Shown in pieces: positions 51,351 to 61,619 of a stretch of DNA of 64,000 nt (the stretch's first letter is position 1; each line of letters opens with the position of its first letter). The DNA is from Ignavibacteria bacterium (lineage in GTDB: Bacteria > Bacteroidota > Ignavibacteria > UBA10030 > SZUA-254). The translations under genes were made by a program, and so were the position numbers. The stretch is taken from NCBI GenBank assembly GCA_031379665.1, contig JANNFI010000046.1, positions 33,899 to 97,898 on the forward strand. Reading direction: 5' to 3'. Below the pieces are notes generated by a model. The model searched no databases and was not told where the DNA came from. It saw only the letters and a list, made by a program, of their open reading frames with translations.

Positions 51351-54300
51351 TTACTTCACCAACACCATCTTCTTCACCTGCGTGAACGTCTCCGATCCGA
51401 TGCCGGCGTCAACGTCGGCGATCGTTTCAGCAACGATTCGGTACAGGTAAACGCCCGAAGGCAGCGAGCTTGCGTCGAATTCGACGGTCTCACTCAGCTC
51501 GATCTCTTCACGGTCGAACAGCGTCGCGACTTCCTGGCCCAGGAGGTTATAGACCTTGAGCGTCACGATCGATGTCTGTGGGAGTTCGAACTCGATGGTC
51601 GTCGTCGGGTTGAACGGGTTCGGATAGTTCTGCGACAGAGCGAACTCGGTCGGGACCTGATCCACCGTCTCTCCGGCGTGTCGGTTCTTTGGCGCCACAC
51701 CCGGGTTCGGTTTCAGGTACGAAACCTGATACACGGACGTATACGCCTTCCACGTGAGTTTCGGCGAGGCCCACCCTTGCAGGGTGTCGTCCGTCGCCGG
51801 ATTGTCAAACGCGCCGTTGATCTTCGCGACGACCGTATCGAGCCCGGCGTAGATGCTGAGCGGCATGAATTCGAAGTTGGTCATCACGGTGTCAGCGTAG
51901 TCCGCGATCTCGTCGATGGTCATCCCATCGAAATCAGAGAGCGGGTCGCTGTAGATCAACGAGCCAAGTCCCGCGGGGGTCTTCAGGCCGCTGGCAACCA
52001 GGTTCAGTTGCAGGGCAAGGAGCTCACCGAAGAGCTTGTTGTTCTGTTTCTTGTTCGGGGCGAAGGCCTTCTGAAGCTTCAGGAACGGCTTGCCCTTGAG
52101 GTCCTGATCGAAGCCACGGGCCATTCCGGTGTGCTGCGCGCTCTTGTTGTTGAGCGATTTCCAGAAAGCGCTCTGCTTGTTCGGGATCACGTGGGCCTTC
52201 ACCTTCCCGCCGGCGTTGAACTGGCCGGTGAGACCTACCTTGATCGCTCCGATCGCCTGACCGGTTTTCCCGATCAGCTGGTCGACAAGGTTGGCCGTGT
52301 TCGGCTTGTTCTTGATCGGATCGTACGGCTTGCCGGCTTTCGGCGTCTTGCCCGGTTTCTTTTCGGCGTCGGCGCCCAGCTGTGCCGCGGTGAACGTGCG
52401 GTACTTGGTTGAGCTGTCCGTTGTCTGGAAGAGACCGAAGTTAAGGGCCGTCGCCGCCCCGCCGCTCAGAAGAGCGACCGGGTATTTCCCTGCCAACGGC
52501 TGGCTGATGACAAAGCCGACTGGTACGGTGATGCGCACCGTATCCACGTCGATCTGGCCGTTGAACGAATAGCCCGATCCGTCGGAGACGTCGATGCCGC
52601 CGTTGACCGCGAGGTCAACAGACACACCCGACATCGCCGCATCCGGTCCGTCCATGATGCCGTTACCGTTGTAGTCACGGTAGACGATACCACTGACGTC
52701 GGTGTTGTCGAAGTTACCGAAGTCCTTGCCGGTGGTGACGACGAAGTTACCGCTGATGCCACTGATGGCATACGTGCCAGGGCCGCTCGGCATCGTCCTC
52801 GTCCATCCGGATTGGACCACTTCTCCGACCACGTGGGAACCGGTGAACACGCTGTCGATGGAGTAGTTGCCGCTTCCATCGGTCACCGTGCTGAAGTTAC
52901 CGAAGTACACGCCGCCGGCCACTGCGATCGTCCAGCCTGAGAGACCCGGCTCTCCGCCTTCCTTCACGCCGTTGCCGTTGAGGTCGTTGAACTTCGTGCC
53001 GCTGATCACCAGATACTTGAAGTCGAGGTAGTCGGCAGTGTCGATCTGGCCGCTGGTCGCGACGATCATACCCTGGAGACCACTCTTCGTCCTGCGCCAT
53101 CCGGCGATCGAGTCGAGTTCCTGCACGACATAGGTGCCGAGATCGAGCTCGGTAAACGAAGCCGCGATCACACCGTTGCCGAGCGTGAACACGCTGTCTG
53201 CCGTGTAACCGACTCCGTTCTTCGTCAGCTTGAAGCTTGAGCTGGATCCGGACGGGACGGCAATGATGTCGCCGACGTCCCTGATGCCGTTGCCGTTCTG
53301 GTCAACAGTCAGCTGAACGCGCAGCTTGCCGTACACGAAGTTGCCGAAGTCCTTGTTGACCGCCGTCGGCGTACCGCCGGTGATGTTGGCGGTGTGGAAC
53401 CCGCCGACAGGACCGGTCTGACGCGCGATAGTGGTATCCAAGACTTCAGTGACATAGAACACGCCGCCGTAGGCGGGAGCGAGAATCGAGTAGAGACCGC
53501 TCCCGTCCGTGACGTCCGAACCAACGAACGCGCCGGCGGTCGAATCGCGATGGACTTCGATCGTCCAGCCGGAGAGTCCGGGTTCGGCGTCATTGACGCC
53601 GTTGTCGTTGATGTCTGAATACTTCTTGCCACTGATCGACCCGGCAAACGTGCCGAAGTTCTGGGTGATCGTGCTGCCGTTCGAGGGGTGATTGATCGTG
53701 GCGGCATTAGAAGTGCCAAACGGAACGGTGAACGCGAAACCCGTGACATTGAGTTTGACCTCATAGCCCGCGGGCAGCGAGACGCCGCTCCAGGTGTAAT
53801 TGCCGGTACCGCTGGTCACCACTGAATCGATGAGCGAACCGAACAACGAGATATACACCTTCGTGGCCGTGATGTCGGCTTCGCCGTCATCGACGCCGTT
53901 GCCGTTCACGTCGTTCCAGGCGTGGCCGGCGATCGTGCCTCCCGTGAAGACCGGGGCGGTGGCGCCGAGGCTGAAGTTATCGAACGCCCATCCGCCGAAC
54001 GCCGCTGATGCATCGGAGAATGCGACGTAACGGAACTTGACGGCTGATGCGCCGACCAGTGCCGCGTGGCTGGTTTCCGTGACCTTCAGCTGGACATAGA
54101 CGTAACCGGTCGGGCCGACAGGCAACCCATTTCCAGGTGTGCCGGTGACGCCGTTGTCGTTGCTCGTCCACGACGCCGGGGGATCAGCAAGACCGTACAA
54201 GGCGGCCGTCGCGTCGTCCCAATTAGCCAAATCCAGGGCGGCATGCTCGTAGAGAGCTTCGTCGTACCAGTTGATGCCGTTCGCATCGTTCAGGACGCCG

Positions 54301-56741
54301 AGGGTGCTCCAGTTGGTGCCGTCAACCGTGTATTGGAGCCAGCTGCGGTCCCACAGGGGTTCGAGCTCTATGCTGTGCTGGAACGAGATGAAGAGGTTGG
54401 TTCCGGCGAAGCCCGAGATGTCGAGCCAGGGGCTCTCCAGGTGGTTCGCGCCGGGATACGTCGTGGCATAACCGTGTGCGGAGGCGTTAGAGCCCTCCGT
54501 GTAGGTCGATGCGTTGTCGGGACGTTCAGTGACCCACGACGCGCCCGAGCCGCCGTTCACGCCGCCGAGCTTCGTGAACGTCGACGAGCGTTTCCAGTCG
54601 ATCGCACCCGTCCAGCCTTCAGCGCTTGCGTTGAAGGTGTACGTGGCGGGAGGAACGACGGGAGCACTGACAGGCTGCGCAGCCCTGATGAGCGTGTTGT
54701 TGGGGATGTTCGCATCGGCGAGGGCCGTCACTGCGGTGATCACCCTGGGGCCTGCGCCAACCGGGGTCCACGAAGCGAATGTGATGCTCTTCGACTCGCC
54801 GGCCGCGAGGACCACGGGTTTCGAATCGCTGTACCCTTCAACGGAAATGGTCAGCAGGATGCTGCTCACCACCGGGGTCTGCGAGTTGTTCTTCACAACA
54901 ACCACCGGGATCTGCGGAACGCCCGCGGGAACGCCACCTGCCGGAGGACTCGTGATGGTCGTCGGCAAGATGTCGCTGGCGAGGAACGCGCTCAACGGGC
55001 TGAACTCGTCAGCTCCCGCATCGCGTTTTCCGGCCACCGTCGTGTCCCTGGGGTCTCCGTCGATGTCGTCGGCGAGGAGGAGCAGGGATTTCCCGATTTG
55101 CTTCGCGCTCGACACCGTCGCGGTATCGATATGCAGGTCCGCGCTGAAATTCACCGGACCGTACAGACCGTTGTTATTCACGCCGGCCGCGAGGGCGGCG
55201 GTAATCGTCGTCAGGCCGGAGACATACCGGCCGCTGCCGGAATGGATGGCGTTATAATTCGCCGCGCCCGCCGCCACCACGTTGATGCCGCGCGTGCTCG
55301 CGACGGTACCGCCCGTGATGTTGTTGGAGAAGGCGTTGTTGGTGATCGCCGTTCCACCGCTCTGATTGAGGCAGGTGGAAGTCATGCCGAGGCCGGTGGC
55401 ACCGACGAGACCCACCGAGTTGTGATAGATCCTCGTCGACTGGGTCCTCATACCCGTGATAGAGCCCCCAGACGGATCGAAGTTCGTGATGTTCGTGACC
55501 CGGTTGTTGTACACAAGCCAGGTCCCGGCGAACGTCACCCTCGCGGTGATACCGAGGATGATGCCGCCGCCACCAAAGCCCGCGGCTGCGGGAAGGGTGA
55601 CTCCGTTGATGTAGTTATTGGAAATTTCGGAGTTCCCATCGCCGTAGTACGCTTGAATGGCACCGTACTGACCGAAATTGAAAAGGAACGACTGGGGCGC
55701 TCCGGCGAACACCCAATCGATGTCCCATTCGGTCGTTCCATTGTTCCAGTAGTAGGCGTTGACTTCGATTCCCTTGAAGTTGTTACCGGTGATATCGAGG
55801 TTAGTGCCGAATTCCGAGTAAATACCCAGGAGGAGCTTGCCGCCGTAGGTACCACCGAAATTGTTGTTGCTGACGGTAATGCCGTTCTGTTCGATCTGTC
55901 CGATGTCCGCATCCTCGGCGAGGATCTTGACGCCGAAGGTGCCGTCGATGATCGTATTGCCGCTGATCGTGATGTCGGAATTTCCGATGGCATCCGCCAC
56001 GCCGACAAACAGGAAGATCGCGCATCGACCATCGGTCTGGGCTTCGAACGTGCCGTCAAGATTCCCGTGGATCGTCGAATTGAGAATCGAGATGTCCGAG
56101 CTGCCGTTGGTCATATAGACCGTCGAGGCAAGCGCATCGCCCGCCGGGAACGGATCGGAGTTGCGCCAGCCGAGTGCCAGGCTCGCGCCGCCGGTGTTCA
56201 AACCGTCGATGGTGACGCCCGAAGCTCCGTCGAAGGCGAAACCCTTTCCTTCGGTGGCCGTTGAAATGAAGCTCACCGTGACCGCAGTGGCGGCCGCGGG
56301 CTGTATCGTGAGGGTATACGTGCCTGCGCCCGTGTAAGCGCCGAACGTCACAGGCGCCAACTCGAGGTAGCTCGCGCTGGCGAGCTCGAACGTGGTGTTA
56401 CCCGAGAGACCGACGAAATTCAACACCGCGACAGCGGCGCCGATGTTCGCAAAGTCTCCGGGAATGGAATACGTCCCGCTCAACCCGAGTGCGTACTGGG
56501 TCTTTGCCGCGGACTTGTCGATCGGGAGTCTCATCGTCGGCCGGGTCATCCCCGAGACTGCCTGTCGGTCGAAACGGCTTGCGCCATTCTTTCCGATGCT
56601 CTGCAGGTCTTCGTCGATGATCCGGGTCGGCCTGTTCGATTGCTGGCCCGAGTTGACTCCATCCCCTCGCCCGGCGATCGCCTGGGTGAAGGTCATCACC
56701 AATATTACGGTGAGGACAAAAAGGAGTTTAGCTTGTTTCAT
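51351..56741 (-). CDS. Giant (1796 aa) secreted protein with parallel beta-helix-like repeats, several SdrD-B/Cna-B-like domains and T9SS C-terminal domain.
   Basis: Signal peptide; repeated NDxNGNGxxDxGExGLSGWTI units (SdrD B-like); NNxITGG beta-helix-like repeats; shared FGELLALQLNLVASG module; C-terminal LSQNYPNPFNPTTTIEF...LKVYNLLGQEV. Confidence 0.7.
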   Translation of the reverse strand: MKQAKLLFVLTVILVMTFTQAIAGRGDGVNSGQQSNRPTRIIDEDLQSIGKNGASRFDRQAVSGMTRPTMRLPIDKSAAKTQYALGLSGTYSIPGDFANIGAAVAVLNFVGLSGNTTFELASASYLELAPVTFGAYTGAGTYTLTIQPAAATAVTVSFISTATEGKGFAFDGASGVTIDGLNTGGASLALGWRNSDPFPAGDALASTVYMTNGSSDISILNSTIHGNLDGTFEAQTDGRCAIFLFVGVADAIGNSDITISGNTIIDGTFGVKILAEDADIGQIEQNGITVSNNNFGGTYGGKLLLGIYSEFGTNLDITGNNFKGIEVNAYYWNNGTTEWDIDWVFAGAPQSFLFNFGQYGAIQAYYGDGNSEISNNYINGVTLPAAAGFGGGGIILGITARVTFAGTWLVYNNRVTNITNFDPSGGSITGMRTQSTRIYHNSVGLVGATGLGMTSTCLNQSGGTAITNNAFSNNITGGTVASTRGINVVAAGAANYNAIHSGSGRYVSGLTTITAALAAGVNNNGLYGPVNFSADLHIDTATVSSAKQIGKSLLLLADDIDGDPRDTTVAGKRDAGADEFSPLSAFLASDILPTTITSPPAGGVPAGVPQIPVVVVKNNSQTPVVSSILLTISVEGYSDSKPVVLAAGESKSITFASWTPVGAGPRVITAVTALADANIPNNTLIRAAQPVSAPVVPPATYTFNASAEGWTGAIDWKRSSTFTKLGGVNGGSGASWVTERPDNASTYTEGSNASAHGYATTYPGANHLESPWLDISGFAGTNLFISFQHSIELEPLWDRSWLQYTVDGTNWSTLGVLNDANGINWYDEALYEHAALDLANWDDATAALYGLADPPASWTSNDNGVTGTPGNGLPVGPTGYVYVQLKVTETSHAALVGASAVKFRYVAFSDASAAFGGWAFDNFSLGATAPVFTGGTIAGHAWNDVNGNGVDDGEADITATKVYISLFGSLIDSVVTSGTGNYTWSGVSLPAGYEVKLNVTGFAFTVPFGTSNAATINHPSNGSTITQNFGTFAGSISGKKYSDINDNGVNDAEPGLSGWTIEVHRDSTAGAFVGSDVTDGSGLYSILAPAYGGVFYVTEVLDTTIARQTGPVGGFHTANITGGTPTAVNKDFGNFVYGKLRVQLTVDQNGNGIRDVGDIIAVPSGSSSSFKLTKNGVGYTADSVFTLGNGVIAASFTELDLGTYVVQELDSIAGWRRTKSGLQGMIVATSGQIDTADYLDFKYLVISGTKFNDLNGNGVKEGGEPGLSGWTIAVAGGVYFGNFSTVTDGSGNYSIDSVFTGSHVVGEVVQSGWTRTMPSGPGTYAISGISGNFVVTTGKDFGNFDNTDVSGIVYRDYNGNGIMDGPDAAMSGVSVDLAVNGGIDVSDGSGYSFNGQIDVDTVRITVPVGFVISQPLAGKYPVALLSGGAATALNFGLFQTTDSSTKYRTFTAAQLGADAEKKPGKTPKAGKPYDPIKNKPNTANLVDQLIGKTGQAIGAIKVGLTGQFNAGGKVKAHVIPNKQSAFWKSLNNKSAQHTGMARGFDQDLKGKPFLKLQKAFAPNKKQNNKLFGELLALQLNLVASGLKTPAGLGSLIYSDPLSDFDGMTIDEIADYADTVMTNFEFMPLSIYAGLDTVVAKINGAFDNPATDDTLQGWASPKLTWKAYTSVYQVSYLKPNPGVAPKNRHAGETVDQVPTEFALSQNYPNPFNPTTTIEFELPQTSIVTLKVYNLLGQEVATLFDREEIELSETVEFDASSLPSGVYLYRIVAETIADVDAGIGSETFTQVKKMVLVK

Positions 56742-57476
56742 ACATCCTCCTACAAGGATTGAGATGAATTGTGGATTAGTGAATTTAGTGGATGGTTGGT
56801 TTTAATTTTCGAATGGACAAACAGATCCGACCGGGTCGAGGTGACCCGTGAACTTGATTCGGGGAAGGAACTGGGATGGAGGAACGGATAAAACTTTTTC
56901 ACAAGGATTATCGTGTTGTTCTCCAACGGACGTTGATTGCTGACATGGATTACTAAAAGTATTGTACAAAGCCGGTGTTAGGAGCCGGCAAGCCGACGAA
57001 GTAGAACTCTCGTTAGTACTGGTATGAGGATAAATTAATCAGCGGTGAACCTGTCCGAGAAAAAAATCGATCGTGAACGCTTAAAAGGTGTGGAGTGAAG
57101 GGACGCATGCTGTCCCGAATACAGACGAATTGTAACAAATCTCTCCCTCAGTGTCAAGTAATTTGTAATAAATTAAGCCATTAGGCATTATTTTTCTGGA
57201 AATTGGTCGGGAACGAATTTCCCGTTCTGCGCCTATCCCCTTCTCCGGGGCCGGTCCCAGGAGGGAGCTGAAAAAAATCGCGAACCACCGGACGTACATC
57301 GCCCGTATCGGACGAACGACGAATATTCGGCATTCTGGTCCGGATTCCTCATTTCATCAAAAAATTGGGGGGGAAGGTACCTATCTATAGTATGTTCATC
57401 CACGACCGGTGTCCCGATGCGTGAATGAATGTGGCAGCAGGCTCCGCCACGGACAACCCGGCGATCGAGGGAAAAT

Positions 57477-57506
57477 AAAAAAACCCGCGCTTTGGCGGGT
57501 TTTCGT
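57477..57506 (-). terminator. Rho-independent, bidirectional-looking terminator immediately 3' of tRNA-Asp.
   Basis: AAAAAAA-CCCGC-gctttg-GCGGG-TTTT. Confidence 0.5.
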
Positions 57507-57511
57507 GAAGT

Positions 57512-57586
57512 GCGGGGTCGACGGGACTCGAACCCGCGACCTCCTGCGTGACAGGCAGGCGTTCTAACCAAACTGAACTACGACCC
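57512..57586 (-). tRNA. tRNA-Asp (anticodon GTC).
   Basis: Manual fold: acceptor GGGGTCG/CGACCCC, anticodon stem CCTGC/GCAGG, loop CTGTCAC, T-loop TTCGAGT. Confidence 0.85.
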
Positions 57587-57699
57587 CGGAGGAAACGCTG
57601 AAAAATGATTCAGGTGTGAACGATTGCGGATCAATATAGTGAAACTGGATTTACTTTCCAATAGGATTCGTCGCCTGAGAGCGGCACCGTGGGGCCCCT

Positions 57700-59091
57700 T
57701 TAGGAATCGGACAGGCGTATGAACGCGCTGGGGTTGATCACCCTGACCATCAGGTCGTAGTCCTTGTAGGTCTCATAGACCGCGTTGAGACCCTCGCAGA
57801 ATTTCCGCCGTTTGTCCTTCTGAACGGTATAGCGGCAGACGAGGATCGATTTCCAATCGTTCATCAGCGCGCTGTCGAGCCGGATCATATGGTCCAGCTT
57901 CCCGCGTTGGGCATAGTACAGAAGGCTGCTGTGGATCTCCTGTGCAATGGTCTTCTCGCGGAAAATAAGACGCTCGACGTGCCTGACGTCCCGCCCCTTG
58001 GCCTGAACGTGTTTCGATTCCCGCTCCGAGGTGCGGACCTTCCCCTCCTGGGTGATCGCCGGCAGTTTGATAATGTGCTCGTCGAAGACGAACACCTCGA
58101 CCTCCCACTCCGTCGCGTCGTGGGCGTCGATGAGCGTCCTCAGCAGGTCGACGTAGCGGTCTTCGATCATCCGGCTTACGTCCCCGATCCCCCTGAAAAT
58201 CGACCAGGCGTTGATCGGCACGACCACCTCGGCGGTCCTGAGGAGATTGATGATTTTTTCGTGGTCGTACTTGAACCAGACGGACTTCTGCGGTTCCAGG
58301 GTGGGTTTCCCCCCCTTGTCGGCGATGTAGTCGGATGCGGTCAGCTTGCTGACATAGAATCGTATGTCGCCGTAATCGAGGAGGAATATCTCGTTCTTCC
58401 GATCGAACCCCTTGAGCGTGAGCTTCTTCGTCGGAACGCCCTTCCCCGAGGTCTCGGGGGCGTAGCAGAATCCGTAGAGATACACCCAGTCGTCCGTCCC
58501 GAGCTGAATGTCCATCGGCTCGGTGGGAAACAATTCGCGGGTCCCGAAATGCTCCATGATCGAGGCGGCCGCCGGTTTGCCCGCATGGGGAATTTCGTAT
58601 GTGGAGGGGACCTCCGGGGGGGTGAGGATGCGTGGGGCTTTTTCCGGGTCGACCGACTTCGCATGAATCTTCTTCCGGGAATCTTCGGCCTTGCGGGCCT
58701 CATCCCTGCGTGCTTCCTCGGCCTTCTTCTTCTCCCCTTCCTTTCGTGCTTCCTCCGCCTTCCGCAGTTCCCCGGCCGTCCTCACCGCTTCCGCCTCCCT
58801 CACCTCGCGGACCTGCTTCTCGTGGAGCATCCTGCGGTCCTCCTGCTCCTTCATCGCAGTGGCGATTTCCTTCTCGGCCCTGATGTCCTGTTCCATGAGA
58901 TTGATGAGGAGGTCGCGCATCTGCGCCGAAAGGAGGCTTTCGAACTGCTTCACAAGCCGTTCGGCCACCCTTCCAGGGGGGAGGTTGGAGAATCCTTCGA
59001 GCTGCCTCCTGAACGTCTCGTTTGCGCCGAGACGCTCGAGGAGCTCTCGCAGAAGGGTATCTGAAAATTTATGTCGTTCTTCGTTTGTCAT
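57700..59091 (-). CDS. GvpL/GvpF-family-like protein with a long Lys/Glu/Arg-rich coiled-coil N-terminal extension.
   Basis: Central DDWVYLYGFCYA...LLDYGDIRFYVSKLTASDY...EVVVPINAWSIF resembles the GvpL/GvpF core (YLYG..., GDLAAVVSxVP, VLPMRFG.VF). Start moved to MTNEERHKF because the longer ORF would overlap tRNA-Ser. Confidence 0.45.
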   Translation of the reverse strand: MTNEERHKFSDTLLRELLERLGANETFRRQLEGFSNLPPGRVAERLVKQFESLLSAQMRDLLINLMEQDIRAEKEIATAMKEQEDRRMLHEKQVREVREAEAVRTAGELRKAEEARKEGEKKKAEEARRDEARKAEDSRKKIHAKSVDPEKAPRILTPPEVPSTYEIPHAGKPAAASIMEHFGTRELFPTEPMDIQLGTDDWVYLYGFCYAPETSGKGVPTKKLTLKGFDRKNEIFLLDYGDIRFYVSKLTASDYIADKGGKPTLEPQKSVWFKYDHEKIINLLRTAEVVVPINAWSIFRGIGDVSRMIEDRYVDLLRTLIDAHDATEWEVEVFVFDEHIIKLPAITQEGKVRTSERESKHVQAKGRDVRHVERLIFREKTIAQEIHSSLLYYAQRGKLDHMIRLDSALMNDWKSILVCRYTVQKDKRRKFCEGLNAVYETYKDYDLMVRVINPSAFIRLSDS

Positions 59092-59106
59092 CGTTCGGTC
59101 CGGTTG

Positions 59107-59188
59107 CGGAGGGTGAGGGATTTGAACCCCCACGTCCCGAAGGACGGCAGTTTTCAAGACTGCTGCCATACCATTAGGCGAACCCTCC
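59107..59188 (-). tRNA. tRNA-Ser (anticodon TGA), type II with a long variable arm.
   Basis: Manual fold: acceptor GGAGGGT/ACCCTCC, anticodon stem GCAGT/ACTGC, loop CTTGAAA, variable hairpin CGTCCTTCGGGACG, T-loop TTCAAAT. Confidence 0.85.
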
Positions 59189-59277
59189 GGGTCTTCCCCG
59201 CGCACGCGGGAGCGACAGGGTAATCCTAAACTGGAGGGTCAATATAGAGAAAAGGGTGTGCGAAATCAATACGCGGT

Positions 59278-60183
59278 TCAGCCGATTTCGGTCATCAGGA
59301 CCCCCGCCAGCGTGATCCCGGCGCCAAGCAGGAACCGGGTGGTGAGCGCGTCGCCCAGGAAGAGCCAGGCGAGAACCATCGTGAGGATCGGCTGGATGTT
59401 CGCGAAAACGGCAACCTTACTGGGCGGAAGCTTGCCGAGCGCGTAATACCAGATGAGGTACGCCACGATCGACGTCGCCACGGCGAGGTAGACAATCCCC
59501 CCCACGTCCGCCGTCGTGAGGGCGGAGTAGTCGAAACCGGCGGCCTGGACGATACCGAACGGGAGAAACATCGCCATCCCCCAGACGAGGGTCACGGATG
59601 TGGCGTGGAGCGGACCGTATTTCACGATCATCTCCTTCCCCAATACCGAATAGAATGTCCACGCGACGACGGCGGCGAGGAGGAGCGAATCGCCGTAGAG
59701 CGTCTCAGCCCCCAGATCGAGGCCGCGTTCGAACACCACCAGGAGGATGCCGGCGAAGGCGACGAGGACCCCGCCGAGTCGCAGCACCGAGGGCTCCTCT
59801 TTTTTCATCAGAACGGAAAGGAGGAGGACGAGCGCCGGCGTGGCGCCGTAGAAAAGCGCGGCGTTCGTGGGCTTCGACGCGTGGAGCCCCGTGATGAACA
59901 GGAACTGGTTCAGTGGAACGCCGAGCGCGCTCAAGAGCAGAAACCGGTTCCTGTCCCCGCGATCGACGGTGAGGGCGCGCCCCCTCGCCAATGCCATCCC
60001 GATGAGGATCGTGCCCGCCAGTAGCGACCGCAGGAACGTGAGCGTCACCGGGTCGACGGCGGTGAGTGTCGCCTTTGCGACGATGTGGGTGCCGCTCGCA
60101 AGGAGCGACTGGAAGAGCATAATGAGGTAGATGAGCATCGTCAGCGTCCCCAAGATACCGAGTTCTCCGATGGGAACAAACAT
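59278..60183 (-). CDS. EamA/DMT-family transporter (10 TM).
   Basis: Two EamA-like halves, hydrophobic throughout; the true start may be the Met at 60138. Confidence 0.75.
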   Translation of the reverse strand: MFVPIGELGILGTLTMLIYLIMLFQSLLASGTHIVAKATLTAVDPVTLTFLRSLLAGTILIGMALARGRALTVDRGDRNRFLLLSALGVPLNQFLFITGLHASKPTNAALFYGATPALVLLLSVLMKKEEPSVLRLGGVLVAFAGILLVVFERGLDLGAETLYGDSLLLAAVVAWTFYSVLGKEMIVKYGPLHATSVTLVWGMAMFLPFGIVQAAGFDYSALTTADVGGIVYLAVATSIVAYLIWYYALGKLPPSKVAVFANIQPILTMVLAWLFLGDALTTRFLLGAGITLAGVLMTEIG

Positions 60184-60200
60184 CTCGCGGCATTTTTGAA

Positions 60201-61523
60201 ATGGCTGTTGAATATGGTATGTTCACCCCGAGCCGAATGGAGTCTTGGAAGAAAAATCTTTACGTCCTCTGGGGCACGCAGTTCCTGGCCATGGTGGGCG
60301 TCAACCTCATTGTCCCCTTCCTCCCCTTTTACATCCGCCAGCTCGGCGTCACCAACGACCAGGAGCTGGCGCGCTGGAGCGGCGTGATTTTCGCCGCCCC
60401 GTTCCTCACCGCTTTCATCGCGACGCCGGTCTGGGGGGCCCTCGGTGACCGGTACGGCCGCAAGCTGATGGTCGTACGGGCGATTTTCGGGCTGGGTCTC
60501 TCCCAGATCCTGATCGGACTCTCAGGTGACGTCTACCAGCTCCTGGCGTTCCGTCTCCTCCAGGGTCTCATCAGCGGATACATCGCCGCTTCGCTGGCGC
60601 TCGTCTCGATCAGCACGCCGACCGAAAAGATCGGCTACGCGCTCGGCCTGCTCCAGACGGCGACGGCCGGCGGGACGGTGCTCGGCCCCGCCATCGGGGG
60701 TATCCTCGCCGACTTCATGTCGTACCACGACATCTTCTTCATCATCGCGGCGATCTGCGGCCTCGGCGGCCTGCTCATCATGAAAATGGTGCGCGAGGAA
60801 GTACGCCCGACCCCGGAGGGCCCCCAGCCGACCGTGCTGGAGAACATCCGCTTCGTCGCGACGAACAGGAAACTGCGGACGATCGGGATCCTCATCCTCC
60901 TCGCGCAGGCCGGCGCCCTGATGATCGAGCCGATCTTCGCCCTCTTCATCGAGCAGTTCAAGACTTCGACCAAATACCTCTCGACCCTCGTGGGCGTCAT
61001 CTTCTCGATTGCCGGGATCTTCATGGTGATCTCGGCGCCCTGGTGGGGAAAGCGGAACGACCGCATCGGGTACAGAAAAAACCTGACCATAGCCGCGTCG
61101 GGCACCGGGCTGGCCTACGCCGCCCATATGCTCGTCCCCGGGCTCATCTCGCTCGGGTTCCTGAGGGCCGGCCTCGGATTCTTCCGTGGCGGCATTCTCC
61201 ACTCGCTTTTTTCCTTGACGAGCCGCCACGTCCCTGCCGCGCGCAGGGGCGGGATCATCGGCATCGTGTCGAGCCTGGCGATTCTGGGAAATTCACTCGG
61301 ACCGCTCGCCGGCGGGTTCATCGCGGAACGCTTCGGGATCATCCCGGTCTTCAGCGTCAACAGCGTGATCTTCCTCCTGATCGCGGTGACCGTCTGGCGA
61401 TCGGATATCGACCGGGTGGTGAACGGATCAGCGATGGGGGGCTCCCAAACCGAACCGGTCGTACCCGGCCAGCCCACCCAGCCGACATCCCCGATCGCCC
61501 GCGACGCTGACGGCCCGGCCTGA
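60201..61523 (+). CDS. MFS transporter.
   Basis: 12-TM profile, GDRYGRK motif in loop 2-3 typical of MFS; the start may be a downstream Met (60219 or 60237). Confidence 0.8.
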   Translation: MAVEYGMFTPSRMESWKKNLYVLWGTQFLAMVGVNLIVPFLPFYIRQLGVTNDQELARWSGVIFAAPFLTAFIATPVWGALGDRYGRKLMVVRAIFGLGLSQILIGLSGDVYQLLAFRLLQGLISGYIAASLALVSISTPTEKIGYALGLLQTATAGGTVLGPAIGGILADFMSYHDIFFIIAAICGLGGLLIMKMVREEVRPTPEGPQPTVLENIRFVATNRKLRTIGILILLAQAGALMIEPIFALFIEQFKTSTKYLSTLVGVIFSIAGIFMVISAPWWGKRNDRIGYRKNLTIAASGTGLAYAAHMLVPGLISLGFLRAGLGFFRGGILHSLFSLTSRHVPAARRGGIIGIVSSLAILGNSLGPLAGGFIAERFGIIPVFSVNSVIFLLIAVTVWRSDIDRVVNGSAMGGSQTEPVVPGQPTQPTSPIARDADGPA

Positions 61524-61619
61524 GGGAACGGCGTGAGGGAACGGCCCGGCGGGTTGTTGTCTGCCGGAGGGAAAATCCCTATGTTGTGAAATTCAGATCC
61601 CCGGACTCCCCTTCACCCC

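Noticed and set aside
57477-59205. Possible integrated mobile element between tRNA-Asp and tRNA-Ser.
   Set aside because: No integrase, recombinase or transposase ORF, and no obvious direct repeat of tRNA 3' ends seen by eye. Kept only as a low-level hypothesis in findings.
60522-61229. 235-aa minus-strand ORF inside the MFS transporter gene.
   Set aside because: Antisense to a 12-TM MFS gene with conserved motifs; charged low-complexity translation.
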